Shown: positions 38,421 through 50,400 of the stretch, in pieces | Layout of the letters: every line of letters begins with the position of its first letter | How positions within the stretch are numbered: position 1 is the stretch's first letter | Assembly: GCF_964355755.1 (NCBI RefSeq) | Contig: NC_092671.1 | Coordinates: 20,894,001 to 20,958,000 of the forward strand | Length of the DNA: 64,000 nucleotides | Direction of reading: 5' to 3' | From: Antedon mediterranea | Lineage: Eukaryota; Animalia; Echinodermata | Notes under the pieces: generated by a model | What the model saw: only the letters and a program-made list of their open reading frames with translations | Told to the model about the DNA's origin: nothing | Database searches by the model: none | Translations under genes and position numbers: made by a program

Positions 38421-40189
38421 TTTGTTTGTTTGTTTGTTTGCAGGATTACTCAAAAAGTAATCACAAGATCTTTACCAAAATGAATAGACAGATAGATATG
38501 TGGTCAAGGACCATTCCATTAAATTTTGGGACCATTTGGGACCACATTCCCAATTCTGGACCACTTTTTAGTATACTTTTTCAGACCTGCTAGTGTTAAA
38601 AGATAGGACAGAATTTTTCAAAAGCCGGCGAGCAGTCTTAAAGTAACAAGTAAACTGAAATTGCATTTTCTCGAGAACTACTTGTCATTTTTGTACAAGA
38701 GACAAGAGTTATAATTTGTGATTTGTAATTTTAAAACATAATTTGAATTAATGTGCACGTTTTTTTATGCGAGTAGTTTAAAAAACCTATTTCTTTTCAA
38801 ATTCACTCGTTTAGTCTAATGCAGGAAATACTGCAGAGGCTAAGCCTACCATGCACAATCTATATGACTAAAGAAGTAGTATTTACCAGGCATCTTCCGA
38901 TGAAAATCGTCGCGAAGTAATTTTCTCAAGAAACAAAAAATATGGAGAGCGAGCTTGATTTAATAATTTGATCCAAAATATAACACACTGTGATGTTCAA
39001 TGTAAACATTTGACAACTTTTTAATAGACAACATAAAAAAAAGTTGAACAATATTTATACAATTTGATGATATGTAATATGAAGTCATCATGTCCATATA
39101 TACCACATCACATTTTTTTGTCACATAAAGTTTGATAGTGTAGACAAAGCATTCCACCAGTTTTAGCCGTCAAATTTAGCTTCTCTCAATTTATGCAAAA
39201 CCTGATTTGTCACGTTTAAATTTTCTTCAAAAGTAACGGTATGGATTCATCAAAATAATTTTTGAACACTGCAGGATAAACCTTTCAACAATTTTCTCAT
39301 AATCCTACTGAAACTGGCACCTGAATTTACAAGACCAAAAGGCATAGTATTAAAACAACCTGTGATGTGTCACAGATGCAGTATACTGCTTAGCATCTTT
39401 CATAGGAATTTACCAGTAACCTTTGGTTAAATCTATCTTGAAAAATATCAGTAATTTGGACGCTAGTTCCGTTTCGCACCAGTTTTGATTTCGACTTCCT
39501 TTTGACTCCAAACTTGTTAAGCACCTTAGAATTGGGTCTCATAAGTACTTTTATGAAGAACAGTAACATTTTTGTTGCATTGACATTGACAAAATATATT
39601 AAAATTGAAAATAATTTGAAAAAAAATGCATTAAATATACGCATTATACTGAGTTTTTAGCTGCCTATTATAGCTGCTTTTTTGGCGCTCCATAGAAGCA
39701 ACAACATTGAAAATAGAGTATGCGAAATTCATGAACTGATGTGCGAGAAACATATCTGTAAATTCATCAGTTTAAAGGATTTATTTGTTACTTTTTGTGT
39801 GATCTCCTTTGTAAAAGTAGTTTTGAAGCCTAATTCTAAGGTGTGGTATTCACAAAAAAGTTACTTAACAAATTTTAAGTCGAAATAAATGACAGGTGGG
39901 AATTGGAACTATTGCCGTAATTTTCTAATTTAATGAAAATTTTGCGCTGATCGGGCAATGGTTGAGAGTCGAAAATTGTTTTAACATGTAATTTACAAAA
40001 ATCTACACAATAAACATCACTAACGTCAGATTTCTTTACTATATAACGGACTGGCACAGGGGCTTTCACTAGGTTCCAGTATACCTAACTTTATCATTTA
40101 AATCATACTGTCAAATTATAGAAACAGTGCTCATATTCGGAACATGATCTTATAATAAAGTACCGTATTTTTAGTTTTATGAAAAATTT

Positions 40190-40259
40190 TCTCTGGCGGG
40201 ATTCTAACCTGCAACCTCTCGCTTACAGAGCAAGTATGATACCACTAGACCACAGAGCC
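40190..40259 (-). mobile_element. tRNA-derived SINE head or tRNA pseudogene
   Basis: Minus strand GGCTCTGTGGTCTAGTGGTA...GGTTAGAATCCC: A box, degenerate B box, imperfect stems. Confidence 0.6.
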
Positions 40260-40434
40260 ATATAAATCACAGATTTTCATCCACCAGATACATTCTCTAA
40301 TACAACAAACGCCCTCACAATCAGTGGAGGCTTAACTAGTCAGAATAAATTCTAACTTAATATGCAATGGTTTTCAAAATAAAATTTTGTATTTGATCAA
40401 TTTCATTACTACTCTTTTGAAAATCTCTTTCAAA

Positions 40435-40582
40435 ATAGAGAGCACACTAAATAACATTTTATTTTCTTCAGGTCATAATGGCATAATCTTTTTTCTGTGC
40501 GCAATATTCAATGATCTATGATATGCATGTGATATTTGTTATGCGGATAACTAATTCGTCACATTGACAAGTTCATGTCTAG
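40435..40582 (+). mobile_element. Isolated family A 3' fragment
   Basis: gcggataactaattcgtcacattgacaagttcatgtCTAG. Confidence 0.8.
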
Positions 40583-42059
40583 TTAAAACTAAAAATATCC
40601 TTCGAATTAAGTACCTCACTCAAATGATCTCCGCCTCCCCACTCCCACCCTCTAAACACTATACTTTAAAATGTTATTAAAGTAGTTTCAAACCTGTTTA
40701 GTGGCGGTATTTATCGCTGTTGGTAAGTAAGTAATTGGCTTAAATATGTTTGAAATTAAGGCATATGTTTGGACTTAAAATAATAGTATTTAATATATTT
40801 TTCGGAATTGTGAGCACATGTAATTATAAATGATGATGATGGCTGTCCTGGGATACAGGACATTTAATTTATTTTTCACTAATTCGATAATAAACATTAT
40901 CAACAGCAGTTTACCACCAGAGCATAGAGCAAATGCTCTATGATCAGAAAAAGGAACTAAAGTTCATTGACAATGGCCCATGGTCTAATCGGCATCTCTT
41001 TATGTGTTTGCCATACCAAAGCTAAAAGCTTTTAACCAGGTACGTACTTGTATATTCTATATTTAGATAAACAACCACCCAGTTACTTCTTTTGTACTAA
41101 TTTGTAACACATCATCAACAGCAGCAGGTCTTTGTGAGAAGGGAATTGAGTTTATTGGCAATATCAGGTGGTCTACGATCGGACGACAACAGAGGAATTG
41201 AGTTGATTGACAATGTCACATGTTATCACCGACTACCTTGTGTACGTATGTGGCCATGGCGTATGCCGCCTATCCATGAGTAGGATTACCTACATTATAT
41301 ATTTAGAAACTGAATGATCATGGCGTGGGAAAATTTTCACCATTGTAGTCGTCATCTTGACGACCAGCTTTATCATTTTCCCGTATAGTAATTTTTATTT
41401 AATAAACAACTCCACATTCGAACAACCTTGCATTACAATTTCATTTTTTTAAACAGATTGCTTTCGACCGATACCATCGATATGATTTGATGGTGCTTTT
41501 AATTTTAGATATCATCTTTTTGTATTTAAAAAAATATAATAATTTTAGTCGATTGTATATTATGAGACCATCAGTAAAAAGAAAGTAGGTTTACCACCAT
41601 CTCTAGTGGCGACAACAATACTGTAATTAATAATAAAGATAATTTAAGTAGAGTGCGTTGGTGGCGTACTGGGCGCGCGTGAAATTTTTCGCCCGCCTTT
41701 TACATTTTAAACCACCACAGAAGATAGACTCTGCCTTACTTTACATGAAATGATTACTACTGTAAAACAGTGTTTTGAACCATATTTTATACACATCACA
41801 ACCTATAGCTACATAATATTGAACAGTCAAAACAAGGACTTCCGCTTGAAAACTAGCTAGGCCTAGACCTAGTAGCTCGTCCGTTTAGGCCTAGAGTATC
41901 AGGCTAGCCGAGGCCCTTGGTAGTTTTTGGTAGGCTTTTCAACTACTGTAGGCATACTACTTAAATTATAGGCTAGATCTAGGCCCAGGTAGGCCTATTA
42001 TTAGGCATATAGGCCTATATGTATATTGTATTATCTATCCTATTTTATAAATTCATTAA

Positions 42060-45000
42060 TTAGGTGATCATTTAGAATAAAATGATCCCCTATTGTTATT
42101 GTATGCAATCTTTATTATTTCTTTTTAGTTATCCGCATTCAGCGGATAACTCCTTGTAACTGTCCTGTTTCATCATCTTTTTTTTCTGTATTTTATGTGT
42201 CACCCGTATCTGTAAAACTTGCAATCATAACATTTCGTAACTTTCTCAACATATCGTCATTCATATGAAGTTGTGCAGCGAAGCTTTTCAGCATGTTTAC
42301 AATTGCGCAACGTGACTTACGCGCCATTTTATGAATTTCACGTATTTAACATAGGTCAAAAACAAAATAACATTTTAAATTGAAACTTTGCAAAAATTTA
42401 ATTTATATCATGCGCTAACTTTTTGTTTAAAAAAAATTGCGTGTTTTACACAAAGGTACGCGCGCATGCGCATTTAAAATTTCAAAATGCGCAAAATTAA
42501 TTTCTAATCATATTTCTACGCGTTTCATGTTATTTTAGACATGTCAAAAATTCCCAGGCGCGCGCAAATTTATACGCGCGCGGTGCGCACGTAGCGTTAA
42601 AAACATATTTTTTTCGCGTGATTTATGCTTTTTCAGCTTTTTCTAGTAATTTTACCAACTTTTAAACAATTTCGACTTCAAATTACGTCATACGAGCACG
42701 TTGAATTGTACAATTTGTGCGCGTTTTTGATGAAAAGGTTCAAAAAATCGTAAAAATTATGCCTTTTTTTAAACAGTCGTAATTTCTAAACTACACAATC
42801 AACTTTTTGTGGATGACATATTCTGGAAGTTGATGAGTTGTAGATATCGGATCATGTATTAATATGACTAACCGGGCATTGTGACGGCATTGTATGGCCA
42901 CGCGAATATAAAATTTAAGATTTTTGTATCTTTCGTCATAGCTCATCACATTTAATAGAGCGCATCTCCACTTATCCGTTTTCCATTTTCACTTCGATTT
43001 TGATATTGTCTAGGACAATCAACTATCTTTGGCACGAGTTAAAAAAAATTTATTTTTATGACGTCATCATGCCTAAAACTGTTAATTACGTGTGGCATTA
43101 ATTTCACCTTTACAGTCAATTTTAATCTGTTATAGCTCGTAAGAATAAAATGTGATAATTATGATTAAAACGTTTTCTGGAAGCTATTGGATTGTAGATA
43201 CGAAATCACGTGAAAATGTTGCCAATCGGATGTTTTGACGTCATCATATGGCCAGTTAAATAAAAAATGTCGTATTTTCATCTTTTGCGTCATAATTCTT
43301 TACATTTAAAAGAGCACGCATCAATATTTCACGTATTCAAATTTTTTCTACACGTTAATATGTTGTTGCTGAGATAATTTCCTACCAAAATTGCTACCTT
43401 CGCGTTTCATTTTAAAACCGCCAACATGTTAAAAATTGCAATAAATTGCAGGTCCCATAATTTCAATTATTAGGTGATCATTTAGAATAAAATGATCACC
43501 TATTGTTATTGTATCAAATCTTTATTTTTCTTTTTATTGTTTCTGTACACTATTTTGTGTAACAATTATCTCAAAAAGTTTAATGTCAATGATTACCAAA
43601 ATTTCAGAATATCTTTCAAATAATATAACTTAATCCTAATGAGCTTTCCAGCGTGATCACTCATCCGTGACGTCATTTATACGCCATTTTGTGAAATCAC
43701 ATTATCAATCATATCTCCATAATTCATTATGACATATTAATGAAATTCACTACAGGTAAACTTCAGGTCAAGGGTAAAAATATTAGCAAATAAAAAGTTG
43801 CGCGTTTCAAGGTCATGCACGTGGAATCGCGCGTTAAAAATTTAAAACGCGCAAAATTAGGTTTTGATCAATTTAGAGCATGAATTAGGCCATTTGCGCG
43901 TTTCAAAAAATTACTGCGCAAAAATGCGTTTTTGTGCGCACGATTCTTAAAATGCGTAAAAAATAAAATTTGATGTATAAATCACATTCTACTCACAATC
44001 CTTAATACATTCACCAATTTTGAGTCCATTCCGACTTAAAATAACGCTATACGAGCACGTTAAAAATGACAAAATGCGCACACTAATTGTACAAAAGTGC
44101 TAAAAATGGTAAAAAATAAGGACTTTTTAAAATGAATATAACTCTTCAGAATGGCAGATGACCCCCAATTTTTTTAACTTATTATGGAAGCCAATAAGTT
44201 GTAGATACAAATGTATATACACATTAGACGTACAAAATGGTATGACGTCATCAAATGGCCACTTGAATTAAAAAATTAGAAATTTTTATCTTTTTGTGTG
44301 GGTTATCACATTCAATAGGGCGCATCTCCGTTATTTGAGCCCGATTTTCGCACAACTTTTAGTATGTGCTTGCTCAATTAATTATTCTTCTAATGAGTTG
44401 TCAACATTTTTATTTTGATGACGTCATCACGCGTAAAAACTTGAATAACCTAGGTCGTGTAATTTCAGCTACACCATACATTTGAATATCTTATAGCTCT
44501 TCAGAATTAAAGGTGACCTTGAAGATTATAACTTATTATGAAAGCTGATGAAATTTAGATATGAATTCATATTAAAATTAAGCCTATCGGATGTTGTGAT
44601 GTTATCATATGGCCAGTTGAAGTTAAAAAGTAGTTTTTAAATTTCTTTATTCAAAGTTATACAAATTTCAAAGACCGCGCATTGCGCTTCTACGTGTCAA
44701 ATTTTCTTCCAATCCTTATATTTATTTGCTCAATTCATTATCTTTCGAAATTGTCATCTTCGAGTTTATTTTGAAAATTCCATCATACCAAAAAATTAGA
44801 ACACGATATGAGTCCCGTAATTTCACCTATGCTACACTGTATATAGATATACAGTATATACTGTACATATTGTATGACACATAATAGGTAGAACTCAGCA
44901 CTATAAGTGTATATGCATCATGTCATAGAATGGCGTACATCAACTTTTAACGATCGTATGTTAACGTACATGCATGTTTAAAAAATGTTAATTTGATTAA

Positions 45001-46787
45001 AATGATAAAAATGATCACCTATAATTCGTCAAAGTGACGAATTAAATTCTAGTTCTACACTGTGTTTGTAATATGTATACATATTATCAATATATACTAT
45101 TTGACACAAAATTGACAGAATTCAGCACTAACAACATATCATATTCTTCAGTTCAGGTCATAATGCCATAATGTTTTTCTGTGTGCAATATTCCAACGTA
45201 TGACGTGCACGTGGCGTTTGTCGTGCGGATAACTAACTCGTCAAAGTGACGAGTTACATGTCTAGTTTTCTTTTTATTGTTTCTGTACACTATTTTGTGT
45301 AACAATTACCTCAAAAAGTTTAATGTCAATGATTACCAAAATTTCAGAATATCTTTCAAATAATATAACTTAATCCTAATAAGCTTTCCAGCGTGATCAC
45401 TCATCCGTGACGTCATTTATACGCCATTTTGTGAAATCACATTATCAATCATATCTCCATAATTCATTATAACATATTAATGAAATTCACTACAGGTAAA
45501 CTTCAGATCAAGGGTAAAAATATTAGCAAATAAAAAGTTGCGCGTTTGAAGGTCATGCACGTGAAATCGCGCGTTCAAAATTTAAAACGCGCAAAATTAG
45601 GTTTTGATCAATTTAGAGCATGAATTAGGCCATTTGCGCGTTTCAAAAAATTACTGCGCAAAAATGCGTTTTTGTGAGCACGATTCTTAAAATGCGTAAA
45701 AAATAAATTTGATGTATAAATCACATTCTACTCACAATCCTTAGTACATTCACCGATTTTGAGTCCATTCCTACTTAAAATAACGCTATACGAGCACGTT
45801 AAAAATGACAAAATGCGCACACTAATTGTACAAAAGTGCTAAAAATGGTAAAAAATAAGGACTTTTTAAAATGAATATAACTCTTCAGAATGGCAGATGA
45901 CCCCCAATTTTTTTAACTTATTATGGAAGCCAATAAGTTGTAGATACAAACGTATATACACATTAGACGTACAAAATGGTATGACGTCATCAAATGGCCA
46001 CCTGAATTAAAAAATTAGGAATTTTTATCTTTTTGTGTGGGTTATCACATTCAATAGAGCGCATCTCTGTTATTTGAGCCCGATTTTCGCACAACTTTTA
46101 GTATGTGCTTGCTCAATTAATTATTCTTCTAATGAGTTGTCAACATTTTTATTTTGATGACGTCATCATGCGTAAAAACTTGAATAACCTAGGTCGTGTA
46201 ATTTCAGCTACACCATACATTTGAATATAGCTCTTCAGAATTAAAGGTGACCTTGAAGATTATAACTTATTATGAAAGCTGATGAAATGTAGATATGAAT
46301 TCATATTAAAATTAAGCCTATCGGATGTTGTGATGTTATCATATGGCCAGTTGAAGTTAAAAAGTAGTTTTTAAATTTCTTTAGTCAAAGCTATACAAAT
46401 TTCAAAGACCGCGCATTGCGCTTCTACGTGTCAAATTTTCTTCCAATCCTTATATTTATTTGCTCAATTCATTATCTTTCGAAATTGTCATCTTCGAGTT
46501 TATTTTGAAAATTCCATCATACCAAAAAATTAGAACACGATATGAGTCCCGTAATTTCACCTATGCTACACTGTATATAGATATTATACAGTATATACTG
46601 TACATATTGTATGACACATAATAGGTAGAACTCAGCACTATAAGCGTATGCATCATGTCATAGGATGGCGTACATCAACTTTTAACGATCGTATGTTAAC
46701 GTACATGCATGTTTAAAAAATGTTAATTTTATTAAAATGATAAAAATGATCACCTATAATTCGTCAAAGTGACGAATTAAATTCTAG
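42060..46787 (+). mobile_element. Nest 3: family B containing family A (42125-45265), which contains another B (43470-45052)
   Basis: Heads at 42060 (B), 42125 (A) and 43470 (B). Tails at 45052 (B), 45265 (A) and 46787 (B). The host sequence resumes correctly after each tail. Confidence 0.92.
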
Positions 46788-47490
46788 TTTTAAATTATAT
46801 ATGCCACTTCACTTTCTTTGTTTTTTTGAAAATAATAGGTATCTAAGAACTAATGGATGATGCGGTGTTTCAGTCAGATGAGAGGTGGAGGTGACTGTTG
46901 ATCTGATCGGACCTTTTTTAGGCTTTTCTTTATAACAATAGGCCTAGCGCAATCATAATTTTTAATTTACAGTAATTAATTTTGGGGAAAAATAACCAAT
47001 TACAACGATTTCAGTTCTATTGTTAACTCATATCTTAATTGATCCTCTTTCTTAATTACATGCAGTGGGACCACAAAAAATAACGGCAATGAAAAACGTA
47101 GTGGGATGGCAGTGAAATCGCAGTGGAATAAAATAAACTCATGTGGGATACAAACCGGATTGCAGGATTATAATAAAAAACGTGGTGGGATGACGTCACC
47201 GCATCCCGGTATTGCAGGATATATAAACAAAAAGTAACTGGGATGCCAGCGGGAATCCCGACCATAAATCTCACAGTGGGATCCACGACAGGATCCACGA
47301 TCATAATTCCCGTAAACTGTATTGACATGCAATCTAAATTAATACTGGTTTGTAGATACAAATTTATGATTAAACTCTGTGGTACGGAAAATGTCTTTGT
47401 TCTTTGCTAAATAATATTCGGGTGGCGCTTTTTTACCATGAATACTTTTTACTCACCTCTAAATTGACAATTTTTTAAAATATTACTCAC

Positions 47491-47550
47491 CGATCCAAAA
47501 TAGTAAACTATTTTCATAACCAAAAATATACATGTCACTGAGGTGGTGAA
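47491..47550 (-). CDS. STARD3: STARD3/STARD3NL-like MENTAL-domain exon (FTTSVTCIFLVMKIVYYFGS)
   Basis: tttttag acceptor, GTGAGT donor, 60 nt, phase 0-0. Resembles the third TM helix of MENTAL (VTTLVSSAFLIVKV, recalled from memory). Confidence 0.85.
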
Positions 47551-48004
47551 CTAAAAATAAGGAAAAGAAATCAATCTTAAAACATCATAATGTATGGACA
47601 TGTACTGTCAAAACAATAAGTTTATAAATATGTATTCATACAATAGTGGATTGAAAGGTAAACAAAAATTGTGTTTACCTTACCATACCCAACCAATCAT
47701 TTTTGCCAACATGGTTTTGGCCGGCAGACTCTCATATTTTGTATTTGTCTCCTGGTTTTCAATATTTTCTAAATGATTACAGTAGAAACTGTATAATTTA
47801 TAGAAATTTATGATATTTAAGCAATTGTACAACCATCTGCGGTCATAATTTATTGATTTTTTTCCCTCACATAGCCACCACATTATTGGTCCTCGTAGTT
47901 ACGCAGATACTGGTGGAGCTCATCTAGACCGTAAAGGGAAAATTAATAAGATTGCAAGATCGTAATTTTATTACAGTATAATTCCAATTCATTTTCTCAC
48001 TTAC

Positions 48005-48166
48005 TGCTACTGTAAACCAATGATTGCTTCGGATGAGGGCATATGCTAATAACAGACATATAACACGACCAGCAGTTAATAGTACAACATCAAACATGGA
48101 TGTTTTAATAGTAAAATGGTTTACTTGGCAATCAAATGCTTTTTTCAAATCTCCAATTCCACTTGT
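48005..48166 (-). CDS. STARD3: STARD3/STARD3NL-like MENTAL-domain exon (TSGIGDLKKAF...KTSMFDVV...LLLAYALIRSNHWFTVA)
   Basis: ttttttag acceptor, GTAAGT donor, 162 nt, phase 0-0. Contains the TS.FD and LL.YA..R..HW motifs of MENTAL. Confidence 0.92.
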
Positions 48167-48589
48167 CTAAAAAATAGAATATTTCAATAATAATTAGACT
48201 TTACCAGGCCAATATTAATTTGTGTTGGCCTATTTAACTATTTTATTTGTTTTACAAGGAAAAAATACATTTTGGATATTTACGGTACTGTATATGTCGG
48301 TCTACAAGACGTACTTTTGACACGCAAATTTTACCTCTAAATTTTGGGTGCATCTTTATACACAGGTCACTTCCTCACGCACACACCCAAACATAGTTAC
48401 AGTACTCAATAGCCTCAATACAAAAACTAGTCCTCCTACCAACCAGTCTACTCAATGTAGGCCTAGCTAATTAGTCTAGCCTGTCTAATCACGGTCAATC
48501 ACCACATTGTGGTAAAGAGTTTAATAAATATTATAAATTTTCATTCTATGTAATTAATATTTACAGTACTTGAGATTTTCTACCCAGCC

Positions 48590-50286
48590 CTTGTTAAACC
48601 CACAAATGTGAAAACGTCCACAAATGTGAAAACGACCACAAATGTAAAAACGTATCACCCACAAATGTGAAAACGCATCACCCACAAATGTGAAAACGCA
48701 TCACCAACAAATGTGAAAACAACCACAAATGTGAAAACTCATCAGCCACAAATGTGAAAACAACCACAAATGTGAAAACAACCACAAATGTGAAAACTCA
48801 TCAGCCACAAATGTGACAACAGCGCCCACAAATGTAAAAAAATAGAGACTTTTTCGCCCACAAATGTAAAAAAAAATTTTAATTTAGTGCTAGACTCAAA
48901 CAATTTTGATCGACTTAATACATATTATACTATTGCTACTTGTAGTGTGTGGTTGTTAACTCGTTGGCTTACTGTTATGTACGTGTAGGTCCAAGTTGAT
49001 GTTCAATGTTTTTTTCGTGCGTACACGATACTACAAGGTCAAGGTTATATAGTGTCGTCGGCTATATAACGAAAGTGCTGGGAAATTAGACATTTTGTTT
49101 ACAAGAATGTTGGGGTTTGTGGGTCACTACGACATTAAGGAGTAACGCCCCTACACCGGAATATATGCAAGTACTATATTTTTAGTCTAAAATTATACTT
49201 TTTTTCTAAACATCAGTAAGCCATGGACTTTGTTCTGAAATAAAAGTGGATTGTTTGATTCAATTAATTGATTGATAAGCTAATTTGTATTACTTCTTAA
49301 ATTATCAAATAGAATATCAATTAAAAAAACATCGTTAATGAAGAACAATAATTAAAACTATTAAATAGATTCATCTGGTTCCTAATATAATTAACTGGAA
49401 AATTATTACTTTTATGTAAAATACATACATAAACTAAAGGTATTTATTATACCAATAAAATATTTCTTGTTTAAACCTAAACTTCAGTAAAATTATGGTG
49501 TTTAACATAAATTAACTTCAATTTTAAAACTGTAGTGATTACCAACGAAACTGTAAGTAGGTAGTCGATTAACTAAGATATCCCTATTTAAAACTAAGAT
49601 CTCTGTATTTAAAACTAAGATGTCTCTATTGAAAACTAAGATGTCTCTATTGAAAACTAAGATATCTCTAATGAAAACTAAGATATCTTGTTAATAATTA
49701 AATGACAGTTTGGCCCGCCATATGTACGTGCACAAAAAACGTCGAATCGAACATCGACTTGGAACTATACGTGCATAACAGTAAGTCAACGAGTTTACAA
49801 CAAAACACTACTACAAGTAGCAATAGATATGACCTTGACCTTGTAGTATCGTGCGCAAACAATTTCGAATTGAACATCGACTTGGAACAATACATATAAC
49901 AGTAAGCCAACAAGTTAACAACCAACCACAAGTAGCAATGATATATATAGCCATGACCTTTTAGTATCGTGTGCGCGCACAAAAAACATTGAACAACGAG
50001 TTAACAACCACACACTACACGTGCGCAGCACAAATAACAATATCGTCTTGAACTATTAGTTTTTTTTTTACATTTTTGGGCGAAAAAGTCTCTTTTTTTT
50101 AACTTTGTGGCCGTTATCACATTTTGTGGGCGATAATCGTTTTCACATTTGTGGGTGATGCGTTTTTACATTTGTGGGTGATGCGTTTTTACATTTTTGG
50201 TTGTTTTCACATTTGTGGGTGATGCGTTTTCACATTTGTGGTTGTTTTCACATTTGTGGGCGTTTTCACATTTGTGGGTTCAACAG
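48590..50286. mobile_element. Foldback-type element whose long TIRs are built of CACAAATGTGAAAAC tandem repeats
   Basis: About 13 motif copies on the left arm and about 8 inverted copies on the right, with further inverted homology extending to ~450 bp. Probable 6-bp TSD CCAGCC. Internal 21-bp tandem repeat at 49570-49690. Confidence 0.8.
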
Positions 50287-50400
50287 CCAGCCTCCTCTCT
50301 AGCACTACTAGCTAGGCATAGTACACTATTACACAATAACTATGCCCATGATGGTTTATTTTAATACATCTCTATGTAAACAATCACATATTTTTGTAAC

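Larger units (their letters stand above)
33414..38810 (+). mobile_element. Helentron-like family D element (interrupted twice; 3' end not found)
   Basis: Head TTTACCTCCgccaaGGAGGTA. Continues at 37733 (gtaatcggtagcgtgtg(TTTG)n) and at 38421 ((TTTG)n caggattactcaaaaag). Confidence 0.7.

Noticed and set aside
47056-47361. 101-aa ORF as the next STARD3 exon
   Set aside because: It derives from GTGGGAT-type repeats and has no MENTAL or START similarity.
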